Source: Planctomycetaceae bacterium
Lineage (GTDB): Bacteria; Planctomycetota; Planctomycetia; Planctomycetales; Planctomycetaceae
Length of the DNA stretch: 64,000 nucleotides
NCBI GenBank assembly: GCA_021732785.1
Contig: JAKFUG010000017.1
Span: 51,352 to 115,351 of the forward strand
Direction: 5' to 3'
Shown here: piece after piece, positions 40,618 through 49,563 of the stretch
How the letters are laid out: each line of letters begins with the position of its first letter
Numbering within the stretch: position 1 is the stretch's first letter
Notes under the pieces: model-generated
Seen by the model: the letters and a program-made list of their open reading frames with translations, nothing else
Told to the model about the DNA's origin: nothing
Databases searched by the model: none
Made by a program: the position numbers and the translations under genes

Positions 40618-41457
40618 TTATTCAATTCTTTGGCCAATCCGCGGCCAGCGAATCCGGCCGGATTCGTAATGCGTTGTGTCGTCTGGATTGGGAAACCGTC
40701 TCTCGACCGAAAAATAGATCAACATCGCTCGACTATGAAAGCTGGAAAAAGGAATCGGGCCAAGCGTGCGGCTGTCGTTTGAGCGACGTCGATTGTCTCC
40801 AAGGACAAAGAACTCACCCGCGGCAATCGTGCTCGGTCCATAGTTGGAAAGTTCAGGAACGGGGGCCAGTTCGGGATCGAGGAATCCATGTGGATCAGCC
40901 CGCTCTTCGTCATTAAGAAAAACCTTTTCATTACGGATTTCGATCCGGTCCCCCGGCAATCCGACCACACGCATCACCCACAACGCCGAGTTCGGCCCCC
41001 GACTGGAAAACACAACAACATCATCGTGGCGCAGATTCGAAGGGCGAGACCAGAGTTTGTCTGCGAGTAATCGATCACCCGGAAGCACCGTAGGGGACAT
41101 CGCGCGCGTCGGCACAACAAACGCTTCCGTGATGTTGTCACGAATGGCATAAGCGATGGCGTTGTTAGTTACCACTGCGATGACGTAAGCAAGGAGATAG
41201 GTCCACCATCGCTGATATGGACGCAACAGCGTGGCACGTTGTTGCGCTGCCACTCGATAAGCATCGACGATCAGGAACAGCGAATAGCCGACATAAAACA
41301 GCGCACCGGTGAAGATTCCCAATGGACCGGACGTGAAAGGAATTGTCAGAAAGAACAGGAGGGCAAGAATATGGCCCCCGATCCAAAGCAATAGCCCACG
41401 ACGAAGCCGACCGGCATACATGTGTCCGAGCGATCCGCCCAACAGCGCTAGCAGCAC
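40618..41457 (-). CDS. lepB: Signal peptidase I
   Basis: S26 boxes: Ser box VPTRAMSPTV, Lys box (VMRVVGLPGDRI) and GDNRRRSNDSR. The N-terminal TM extension is longer than usual. Confidence 0.85.
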   Translation of the reverse strand: MLLALLGGSLGHMYAGRLRRGLLLWIGGHILALLFFLTIPFTSGPLGIFTGALFYVGYSLFLIVDAYRVAAQQRATLLRPYQRWWTYLLAYVIAVVTNNAIAYAIRDNITEAFVVPTRAMSPTVLPGDRLLADKLWSRPSNLRHDDVVVFSSRGPNSALWVMRVVGLPGDRIEIRNEKVFLNDEERADPHGFLDPELAPVPELSNYGPSTIAAGEFFVLGDNRRRSNDSRTLGPIPFSSFHSRAMLIYFSVERRFPNPDDTTHYESGRIRWPRIGQRIE

Positions 41458-41530
41458 GGCCAGTCAAGGATGTCGAGGTTTCGCAGGAATTGCCGACATG
41501 CGGAATGTCCCGCTGCAACAAAACGCGGGC

Positions 41531-42571
41531 TTACCAGCGATACAGTGCCGTACCCCAGGTCAATCCGGCGCCGAAGCCGCTCATGAGGACGGTGTCGCCG
41601 CGGTGGATGAGGCCGCGCTGGTAGGCTTCGTCGAGGGCAATCGGAATCGAGCCCGCGGACGTGTTGCCGTACTGCTGGAGATTGTTGAACACCCGGCTGC
41701 TGGAGATGCCGAGCTGTTCCATCGCGTAATTGATGATGCGGATGTTGGCCTGGTGCAGGACGTACAGCGAGACGTCGTTCACCCCCAGCCCACTCTTCCG
41801 CAGCACCAGTTCGATGGTTTCGGTGACGGCCCGGACCGCCCATTTGAAGACGTTGCGGCCGTCCATTTGCAGGTATTGATCGCCGGCGTCGAGCGTGGCA
41901 TGCGTGAGGGGCGACTTGCTGCCGCCGCTCTTGCGATCGAGCATGCAACCGCCGGAACCGTCAGAGCCCATCTGATAACAAACGAGACCCTGATGCGGGT
42001 CTCCTTTAGTCATGAGCACGGCCCCGGCGCCGTCCCCAAAGAGGGGGGCGACCTTCTGATCGGCCGGGTTCACAATGCGGCTGTTGCAGTCGCCGCCGAT
42101 GACGAGAGCCATCTTGCTGTTGCCGGTGGCGACATACTGGGCCGCCGTCGACATGGCATACACAAAGCCAGAACAGGCCGCGTGAACGTCGAACGCCGGG
42201 GCATCAATGCCGAGCGCATCCTGCACGAGATTCGCGGTTGTGGGACATTGGTAATCGGGGGTGAAGGTGCCGACGACAACCAAGTCGATTTGCCGCGGGT
42301 CGATGTTGCCAGCGCGGAGCGCGCGTTTGGCGGCTTCGATACAGAGATCGCTGGTGGCTTGTTCGGGGGCCACATAGCGGCGGGCGAGAATGCCCGTCCG
42401 TTGCTCGATCCATGCCGAGTCGCAACCGTAGCGGGATTGCAGATCGGCGTTGGTGATAATCGTTTCAGGAAGGTACGAACCCGTGGCGACGATCTGCACG
42501 CCCAGCAGGGAGCGCGTGCGCTGCGACCACGATTTCGTCGGTGCGGCATCGGAGGAGGCATCGACAAACAT
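41531..42571 (-). CDS. fabH: 3-oxoacyl-ACP synthase III
   Basis: Active-site Cys in AACSGF, plus His and Asn regions, and the typical C-terminus GFGAGLTWGTALYRW. Confidence 0.9.
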   Translation of the reverse strand: MFVDASSDAAPTKSWSQRTRSLLGVQIVATGSYLPETIITNADLQSRYGCDSAWIEQRTGILARRYVAPEQATSDLCIEAAKRALRAGNIDPRQIDLVVVGTFTPDYQCPTTANLVQDALGIDAPAFDVHAACSGFVYAMSTAAQYVATGNSKMALVIGGDCNSRIVNPADQKVAPLFGDGAGAVLMTKGDPHQGLVCYQMGSDGSGGCMLDRKSGGSKSPLTHATLDAGDQYLQMDGRNVFKWAVRAVTETIELVLRKSGLGVNDVSLYVLHQANIRIINYAMEQLGISSSRVFNNLQQYGNTSAGSIPIALDEAYQRGLIHRGDTVLMSGFGAGLTWGTALYRW

Positions 42572-42995
42572 CGATCGTCCTAATGCCGCACGCGGCAGGT
42601 CTGCGACCATGGACTCCATCGGCGTCACCCTGGGAGCGGGAGAGCTATCGTACACAGCAAGTGCATCCTTGCGCCGAGGGCCCTGCTACGGAGCGATCCG
42701 GTCGTTGTTCTGCAATTTGAGCGCAGTCCAGCATCAGTTCGACTTCGTAACGTGGATTGTCCGTAAACCTTGCGGCAGCCTTGATTCCCTCGAAGTATAT
42801 CGACGGAGCCCAAACCCATCCAGCGAACCGCCCTTCCTGATTTGACTTTCGGAAATCCGGATGCGGTTCTGACGACTGGCGAAAGTCTGCACCCTCGGCA
42901 CGTTGCGGCATTATGGCAAAGGACGAGATTCCGGCAAGACGAATTCCCAACCCCCCGGGAATGCAATCCCGCCGCCCCTCTTTCATAATGACGTA

Positions 42996-43406
42996 ATGCC
43001 AGTACACCGTATCCATCTTCGTGGCCCGTGGGATGTCACCGGACCATGGCCCGACGCCGCAGAATCCGGGGAAATCCGGTCGGTGACCCTGCCTCAACGC
43101 TGGGAAACGGTGTTTGGATCAAACTCCGGTACCGCGACATTCTCCCGCTGGTTTCATCAACCGACGAATCTGGTCGAAGAAGATCGGTTGGCCATCGCGC
43201 TCACCGGCGTGACAGGAAGCGGCCGGGCATGGCTGAATGAGCACCCGCTCGGTGAATTCACCGCCCGTGAAGAAACCGTGAGGTTGCCGCTACGGCTGGG
43301 GCAATTGCAGCATCGCAACCGATTACGGATTGAGCTGTCGTGTACGGTCGGGCAATCCGGACTCTACGACGCCGTCGCGATTGAGATTGATTCGGACAGT
43401 GAGTGA
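42996..43406 (+). CDS. Hypothetical protein
   Basis: 137 aa ORF starting MPVHRIHLRGPWDV. Weak support. Confidence 0.25.
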   Translation: MPVHRIHLRGPWDVTGPWPDAAESGEIRSVTLPQRWETVFGSNSGTATFSRWFHQPTNLVEEDRLAIALTGVTGSGRAWLNEHPLGEFTAREETVRLPLRLGQLQHRNRLRIELSCTVGQSGLYDAVAIEIDSDSE

Positions 43407-43430
43407 TTGCGGATTCGTTCTCCATCCTCG

Positions 43431-44369
43431 CTATGCGGCTCGGGCGGGCCGTTGGGAGGTCGCGAGATAGGCAACCCGCCCGGATTGCTCGAACGTAACC
43501 GATGTGCTGCGGCGGACTTGGATGCGTAGTCCGTACGGAAGCGCCACTTCCGGTTTGAGCTGCCATTCGTCGCCGTCAATGCATTCCAGTTCGACATCCG
43601 GCGGCGAGGGCAGCGGCGGACAAAACGTCACATGCACCACGGCTTCGCGCTGACCGGAGGCGAAATGCACGCGTACGGTCCCCTCAATCGCTTCGCCGTC
43701 GGGTTCATCGCGGCGGGTCATCCACTGCGTGGTGGATTCGTCGCCGATGTCATCTTCGATGGGCGGTTCGTCTTCCAGAAGGGAGGGCGAAGCTCCCGCT
43801 GAGCCGCGGTTTGTCCCCCCGGTGTCGACGATGCCTTCGCTCGGTACCGCCTCGGTTTCCGTGGGATTCGACGACAACAGGTTCATCCACCAGTCGGTCG
43901 TTTCCAGCACCGCGACGCCGAGCACCACCGCTCCGATGGCCGCGATGCCGAGCAGTGCTCCCGATTGAGCGGGGGTTGCCGAAGCGGCGATCACCAGCGA
44001 AAACAACGTCGGCAGCCCCCACGCGGTCAGTTCGGGCAGCCATTTGATGATTGGCCAGACGTGTGCCACTGGCTCTGCCAGTGCTGATTTCAGGGATTGA
44101 GAAAGGGGTTGCTCACTGGGGAGGACACTGGCAGAGCCAGTGGCAGACGTGCGTCGCTGACAGGTTCGAGGCTGATCGCGACGGAACAACCATAACGCCA
44201 CAACGGACACTGTCACTGCGAGAATCACCGCGATGCTCAGCGCCGCCGTCGGCAGTGTCCCGGTGTAGGCCCCGGCCAACCGTCGCGAGGCGACCACCGC
44301 GGTACACAACACCAGCGCGGTCCACAGGCCGAGGGCCGCCGAGCGACTGTTGAGCGATTTTCCGTCCAT
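43431..44369 (-). CDS. Hypothetical polytopic membrane protein
   Basis: 312 aa with several TM helices. Last gene of the ECF-sigma-led gene string. Confidence 0.4.
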   Translation of the reverse strand: MDGKSLNSRSAALGLWTALVLCTAVVASRRLAGAYTGTLPTAALSIAVILAVTVSVVALWLFRRDQPRTCQRRTSATGSASVLPSEQPLSQSLKSALAEPVAHVWPIIKWLPELTAWGLPTLFSLVIAASATPAQSGALLGIAAIGAVVLGVAVLETTDWWMNLLSSNPTETEAVPSEGIVDTGGTNRGSAGASPSLLEDEPPIEDDIGDESTTQWMTRRDEPDGEAIEGTVRVHFASGQREAVVHVTFCPPLPSPPDVELECIDGDEWQLKPEVALPYGLRIQVRRSTSVTFEQSGRVAYLATSQRPARAA

Positions 44370-44497
44370 GATCCTGCTCCCTGAACCGGGAGTGATACCG
44401 TAATTGGCGGTTGGCGCACAGCAGAATTTTGCGCGGGAAACGAAGAGACCCAGGGATCGGAATCCCTGGGCTTCTGCGGATCTCGTGCTGTCGGGGG

Positions 44498-45757
44498 TTA
44501 CTTTTTCTCGATCCGGTCGAGCGATTCCTGCAGGTCTTGCAGTTTCTTTCGCAGGGATTCCTGTTGCTTCGTCAGCAGTTCCTGCTGTTGTTTCTGCAAC
44601 ATTTCGAGCTGTTTGTCGAGCAACTCAATCTTTGCGGCCAGGTCCGCAGGAGACGCGGCGGCTTTCACCGGGGGCGGTGCTGTCACGGTCACTCGGCCGG
44701 TCACTTTCGCGTCGGAATTCACGGCCTGGCCTTTGATCGTTTCCGTCTGGTAGACCGTTCGCACCGGCCAGTTCGATGTTCCCGCCCAGGGATGTGCGAA
44801 CGCCGGACCACCCGCATGGGGCAAACCCTGATGTAAGGTCGCGATCACGGCTTGCAGGGCATTGCGCCCTTCCGGCGGCAGCGTGCCGATTTCTTTCTCG
44901 GTCGCACCCCACGAATTGTTCTTGCCGGTTTGGTACTTGATCTGAATCGGTTCCTTACCCGTTTTCGTGATGGTGACGGTCACATTCTCCGGCAATTCGG
45001 GGTTGGACATCACGACGATGTGCGGCACTCCGGGGGGAGGTAACGTCACCGGAGGAGCGACCACCGGGCCGGTGAAGTGGATCGTTGTCGGTTGCGGTTG
45101 ATTGCTGATCACGGATTGCAACTCCCGCAGCAATTGCTGGATGCGCTCGGGATTGGCAGGGGCTGAGGGCGGAGCCACGGCGAGATTCAAGGTGCCTGCG
45201 CTCAGCAACGACACGTCCTGATTCGGTTGCGGCCGTTCGGCGGGCGTGACGGTAATGTCCTGCGGCTTGCCTTGGCGAATCACCGTCAACACCAGCGGTT
45301 TTGTTTCCGCTTTCACCACCATGCCGGTTAAAGTCGCCACGCTGTCGAGGGGTTTGCTTTCATCGCCGAATTTCACCGTGGTGATGACGTCATGCACCTG
45401 AAACCCGGCGGCTTTCGCGGGGCTGCTCTCCGCGACCATCGTCACCAGGAGCGCCTGCTTTTCCGTCAGGCCGAGCTGCGATTTCAAAGCGTCCGTGGCC
45501 AACTCGCACCCGAGACCGATCCAATACTTGCTCTCCGGCCCAGCATCGACCAGGGCGAAATGTCCGGAACCGACCACTTCCAACCGCGGGGCATTCTCCG
45601 GCGCTGTTCCATTGGAAACGTTCGCATCGACATCGTTGATCAAGGTGGCATCCACCCGAATCGCAGCCGGTTCTTCTCCCCGCACCACAGACAGCAGTAC
45701 GCCGCCTGCCGCCAGGACAACCCACAGGCCGAACAACATTCTCGACATGGAATTCAC
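44498..45757 (-). CDS. Secreted PDZ-domain protein with C-terminal coiled coil
   Basis: Signal peptide, a PDZ-like region (GLTEKQALLVTMVAESSPAKAAGFQVHDVITTV) and a Q/E/K/L-rich C-terminus. Confidence 0.5.
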   Translation of the reverse strand: MNSMSRMLFGLWVVLAAGGVLLSVVRGEEPAAIRVDATLINDVDANVSNGTAPENAPRLEVVGSGHFALVDAGPESKYWIGLGCELATDALKSQLGLTEKQALLVTMVAESSPAKAAGFQVHDVITTVKFGDESKPLDSVATLTGMVVKAETKPLVLTVIRQGKPQDITVTPAERPQPNQDVSLLSAGTLNLAVAPPSAPANPERIQQLLRELQSVISNQPQPTTIHFTGPVVAPPVTLPPPGVPHIVVMSNPELPENVTVTITKTGKEPIQIKYQTGKNNSWGATEKEIGTLPPEGRNALQAVIATLHQGLPHAGGPAFAHPWAGTSNWPVRTVYQTETIKGQAVNSDAKVTGRVTVTAPPPVKAAASPADLAAKIELLDKQLEMLQKQQQELLTKQQESLRKKLQDLQESLDRIEKK

Positions 45758-45821
45758 TCCTCAAAAAGGTTTCACTTCCACGACGATCCTTCGTCGCAGG
45801 TGATTTCACAGATCATTTTTA

Positions 45822-45908
45822 ACAAGCCCGAAGCGCGAGCGCCGGGTTCTTCTTCGTTCGTTATTCGAGATCAATGCGAAAAACCCGGCGCTGGCGTTTC
45901 GGGCTTGT
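45822..45908. repeat. Hairpin element, family 2 copy (inside the sigma / anti-sigma / PDZ gene string)
   Basis: ACAAGCCCGAAGCGCGAGCGCCGGGT ... ACCCGGCGCTGGCGTTTCGGGCTTGT. Confidence 0.7.
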
Positions 45909-45915
45909 GAGACGC

Positions 45916-46611
45916 TCACCGGAAGTCCGCGAGGCTCACGGGGCTGACGGTCCATTCCTGCACGGGCAGGTAACCTCGCCTCCCGTCGGCGAGATCGACT
46001 TCCACCCATTCTTGCCGTTCCACCAGCTTCTGACCGTGCCGCAGCAGCATCTCGCGGACGCGGTCGGGCACACCGGGGGTCGCGTGCAGCCACGCCTGCC
46101 CCACGGGCGAAGACGCATCGACCACTGGCGTCGCCACCGGGTGCGATAACGCCCCGTCGCCATACTGGAACGACACCGGTACCGTTTCCATAACAGGAAC
46201 CGTGGCTTCGTCGTTCTGTTCGGAGGATTGCGGGGCAACAGCCACTGTCGGTGCGGACTCCGTGGCAATCGACCACGGCCGCCCGAAGTGCATGCCTCCG
46301 AAGAACGCCAACAGCACTGCCGCCCCCGTCAACAGGAAGTGTGTCACCCCGCGGCGGGAGTGCGGTATGTTCTTTGTCGTCGGAGTCATCATGACAGCGG
46401 GTATCGTGGGCGCGATCCAGTCCTGACAGGTTCGTCGCAAGGTCTGCGCTTCGAGAAATGCTAACCCGACCCGCCGCCATTGAATCGGCGAATTTTCTAA
46501 CTGTTCGAGGACCGCCCGGTGTTCCGCGGGCGACAATTCCCCATCGACGAGCCGGTCGAGCAGTTCATCGGTCAGCGTCTCTTCGTTGTCGGACAGCGCG
46601 GATAAATTCAT
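45916..46611 (-). CDS. Putative anti-sigma factor (single TM)
   Basis: ATGA-overlapping start with the upstream ECF sigma gene. Cytoplasmic N-terminus, one TM and a periplasmic C-terminus. Confidence 0.5.
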   Translation of the reverse strand: MNLSALSDNEETLTDELLDRLVDGELSPAEHRAVLEQLENSPIQWRRVGLAFLEAQTLRRTCQDWIAPTIPAVMMTPTTKNIPHSRRGVTHFLLTGAAVLLAFFGGMHFGRPWSIATESAPTVAVAPQSSEQNDEATVPVMETVPVSFQYGDGALSHPVATPVVDASSPVGQAWLHATPGVPDRVREMLLRHGQKLVERQEWVEVDLADGRRGYLPVQEWTVSPVSLADFR

Positions 46612-47162
46612 CGGGTCGACTCCAGCAACTGAAACGCGGCGAGTTCCGACCGCAACCGGGCCCGCGCCCGATGCAACCGGGCTTCCACCGCCGACTCGCT
46701 CACGCCTAACCGGGCGGCGAGGTCGCGATAACTCCATTCCTCCGTGTATTTGAGCACCAACAACTCGCGATCCTTCGGAGTCATTCGCAACAGCGATTGC
46801 CGCACCAACTGCTGCCGTTCGTCCGCCAGCAGCCACGCCAGCGGATCCAGAGGCGCGGCCGGACGCTCGGCACCATTCTCACCAAAACGCTGCTGCAAGC
46901 GTCGTTGTCTGCCCCTTTTGCGACGGTACAACAGCGCCAGACGAACCGCCATGCCATACAACCACGCGGGGAGTTTGTCCGACGCCACATGCACCGGCGG
47001 CTTGCGGATCACGGCGACGGCGAGTTCCTGAAACAACTCGTCGACCGCGGTCCGTTCGCCGCACCGCACCAGCAGCACCGTCCGCAACCACCGTCCGTGC
47101 GTCGCCAGCAGCGCGGGTCCGTCCGCAGGTCCAGCATCGGCGGTAGTCCATCGCCCGTGCAT
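46608..47162 (-). CDS. RNA polymerase ECF-type sigma-70 factor
   Basis: Region 2 (WLYGMAVRLALLYRRK) and region 4 (LVLKYTEEWSYRDLAARLGVSESAVEARLHRAR). Confidence 0.85.
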   Translation of the reverse strand: MHGRWTTADAGPADGPALLATHGRWLRTVLLVRCGERTAVDELFQELAVAVIRKPPVHVASDKLPAWLYGMAVRLALLYRRKRGRQRRLQQRFGENGAERPAAPLDPLAWLLADERQQLVRQSLLRMTPKDRELLVLKYTEEWSYRDLAARLGVSESAVEARLHRARARLRSELAAFQLLESTR

Positions 47163-47315
47163 CTCACCACGGTAGTTGCCGCCGGAAGAAAAATCTTGCG
47201 AAGTGTTTCGTTTTGCCCAGAATTTATGGCAAGGTTTCGATTGCTGACAGGGTGACATGCGGGATGGGAACGACCGGGGTATGCGGTTTCTGGAAACGAC
47301 CCCGGTAGGGGTCTC

Positions 47316-47450
47316 AGCCATGAGCCGGTGGTTGAGCGCAGCGACACCACCGGACTTTGATTCGAAATGGAATTGCATCCTGAAGGGATGCGATCCTTCG
47401 CATCAACTTGCAACCGGTGGTGTCGCTACGCTCAACCACCGGCTAATGGC
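47316..47450. repeat. Composite hairpin element, family 4 (two inverted copies flanking a GCATCCTGAAGGGATGC hairpin)
   Basis: AGCCATGAGCCGGTGGTTGAGCGCAGCGACACCACCGG on one side and its inverted copy AACCGGTGGTGTCGCTACGCTCAACCACCGGCTAATGGCT on the other. Lies 150-300 bp upstream of the ECF sigma start. Confidence 0.6.
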
Positions 47451-47615
47451 TTTCATCCCTCCGGGATAAGTAAACGCCCGGGGACGATTTCGATAAGCCG
47501 TGTTAATATCAACACCGTTCATGGCGAAGATGATGTTGAACGAACGTCTGCACGTGAAGGAATCGGATCCTCATTAGCCGATCCGTGGGTGCTCGTCCCG
47601 AAAAGTGACGAGGAA

Positions 47616-48119
47616 TTATAAATCCACGGTGAACAACACCGAGCGCTGCGCTTCCGCGGCTCGATGATAGAACTCGACGAGTTGCTCGAATTCGTCCCAC
47701 GTTGACTGGTAATCGTCGAGACCGTACGGGCCGTCGTAATCGTCGGGAGAAATCCGGTCGTAGCCCACGCGGAAATCGCGTGACGTGACTTTGCTCAACG
47801 CAGCGGCGATGAGTCCCACCTGCTCGGCATCTTTCAGGCTGATGATGTAATCGTTCTCGTCGTAGAGTTGCTCGCCGCCAAGAATCACATGATTGAGCGG
47901 GAACGTCCCGTTGTTCCAGCCAATGTCGCCGTCGGTGAGACAGCGGTGGATCGCGTCCCACGTCTTGCCAAGATCGCACAGCCACAACGGCTGATTCTCG
48001 AAAAAGTCTTCTTCGATTTCCCGTTGCAGAAAATCGACACGGTCATCGTCATCGTCCATCTGACGAAGCCGATCGACGACTGCGGATTCCACAGCGAATA
48101 ACACACCGATGCCGGACAT
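47616..48119 (-). CDS. DUF1877 (YfbM-like) family protein
   Basis: 167 aa. Motif pattern DF...LW..D.GKTWDAIH.CLT resembles E. coli YfbM. Confidence 0.45.
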   Translation of the reverse strand: MSGIGVLFAVESAVVDRLRQMDDDDDRVDFLQREIEEDFFENQPLWLCDLGKTWDAIHRCLTDGDIGWNNGTFPLNHVILGGEQLYDENDYIISLKDAEQVGLIAAALSKVTSRDFRVGYDRISPDDYDGPYGLDDYQSTWDEFEQLVEFYHRAAEAQRSVLFTVDL

Positions 48120-48133
48120 GGGAAAGCTTTCAA

Positions 48134-48273
48134 GGAGTCGAGAGCGGAGAGTCGAGAGTCAAGAGCCAAAGGGAGAGCAAGACTCACGCACAACATATCA
48201 AAGTGACCACGACGTAATTCCGAACGAGCCGACTTATCTGGCTCTCGACTCTCGACTCTCCGCTCTCGACTCC
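48134..48273. repeat. MITE-like element, family 5 copy A (34-bp inverted arms built from GAGTCGAGA tandem sub-repeats)
   Basis: GGAGTCGAGAGCGGAGAGTCGAGAGTCAAGAGCC ... GGCTCTCGACTCTCGACTCTCCGCTCTCGACTCC with a 72-bp spacer. Confidence 0.75.
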
Positions 48274-49317
48274 CTACACCAGCGGCGTCTTGTGGGCTTC
48301 GCCGGGGATTTCGCGGACGTATTGCGGCACGGCATAGCCCGGCAGGCGCTTGCGTAGTTCGGTCATCAGAGTGCGACCGGTTTCCTCGGGGACTTCAAAA
48401 TGCGCGGTGCCGTTCACGCGGTCGAGCTGATGCAGATAGTACGGCATGACCCCGAGATCGATCAGCCGTTCGCACAGCTCCACCAGCGCGGTCACCGAAT
48501 CGTTCACGCCGCGTAAGAGCACCGTCTGGTTGAGCGTGGTGATCCCGGAGCGAACGAGTAGCCGGACGACATCGGCACAATCGCCGGTCAATTCCCGGGC
48601 ATGATTCGCATGGATCACCATCCACGGCGTGAGCCGCGATTCGGACAGCCGTTCGATGAACGACGGGGTGATCCGTTCAGGCAACACAATCGGCAACCGC
48701 GTGTGAATGCGCAGCCGACGCAAATGGGGAATGGTTTCCAGTTGTTCGATGAGCGCGAACAGCCGGGCATCGGTCAATGCGAGGGGATCACCGCCGCTGA
48801 GCAGCACTTCGTGAATGGAATCATCGGCGGCGAGCGCGTCGAGCGCCGGTTGCCAGTCGTCCAACTGTCGCGGCGATTCGGCATAGGGATAATGCCGGCG
48901 GAAGCAGTAACGGCAATGGACCGCGCACACGCCGGTGGTGATCAGCAACGCGCGGCCGTTGTACTTCTTCAACAGCCCCGGCGCGATTTGCGCGGCATCA
49001 TCCCCGACGGCATCCACGCTGTAACCCGGCGGCGATTCCGCTTCGACATCCAGCGGCAGCACCTGCCGCAGTAACGGATCGTGTGCGTCCTCCGGCGTCA
49101 TTCGTGCGAGGTAACTTTCCGGCACCAGTAACGGAAATAACTTCGCCCCGCGCTGAGCCGAGGGCAACCATTCGCGCGGCAAAGACAGGCGTTCCAGCAA
49201 CACCGCGGGATCACGCACGGCATTCGCCAGCGCCTGCTGCCAGGCGGCGCGATGGATCGGTGCGGAAAGGGGGGACAACATCGTCATGAGACGATTGTCC
49301 CCGGAAAGCATGCACAA
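48274..49317 (-). CDS. Lysine 2,3-aminomutase family radical SAM protein (EpmB/KamA-like)
   Basis: CxxxCxxC radical SAM motif CAVHCRYCFRR. GGDPL. Length about 347 aa fits EpmB. Confidence 0.7.
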   Translation of the reverse strand: MCMLSGDNRLMTMLSPLSAPIHRAAWQQALANAVRDPAVLLERLSLPREWLPSAQRGAKLFPLLVPESYLARMTPEDAHDPLLRQVLPLDVEAESPPGYSVDAVGDDAAQIAPGLLKKYNGRALLITTGVCAVHCRYCFRRHYPYAESPRQLDDWQPALDALAADDSIHEVLLSGGDPLALTDARLFALIEQLETIPHLRRLRIHTRLPIVLPERITPSFIERLSESRLTPWMVIHANHARELTGDCADVVRLLVRSGITTLNQTVLLRGVNDSVTALVELCERLIDLGVMPYYLHQLDRVNGTAHFEVPEETGRTLMTELRKRLPGYAVPQYVREIPGEAHKTPLV

Positions 49318-49328
49318 AAAAAGGCCCC

Positions 49329-49415
49329 TACAAGCCCGAAGCGCGAGCGCCGGGTTCTCTTTATCATGCCGTAAAGCAAAATTCGAAGAACCCGGCGCTC
49401 GCGCTGCGGGCTTGT
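49329..49415. repeat. Hairpin element, family 2 copy (divergent intergenic region)
   Basis: ACAAGCCCGAAGCGCGAGCGCCGGGT ... ACCCGGCGCTCGCGCTGCGGGCTTGT. Confidence 0.7.
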
Positions 49416-49563
49416 GAATGCGGTTTTCCCCCTACAAGGGCGAATTTTCTCGACTTTTTCTCTGCGATTCCGCTATGCTCGCCGAATCAACCACTTTCGA
49501 TGCGTTGCTGTCCGCAAAGTTCCGCATCGCTGGTCCCCGCACCTCTCTGAAAAGGCGGCAACG

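Noticed and set aside
49414-49563. 5' extension of the Tat-protein ORF (574-aa version)
   Set aside because: The extension covers the family 2 hairpin. The twin-arginine signal peptide begins at the ATG at 49564.
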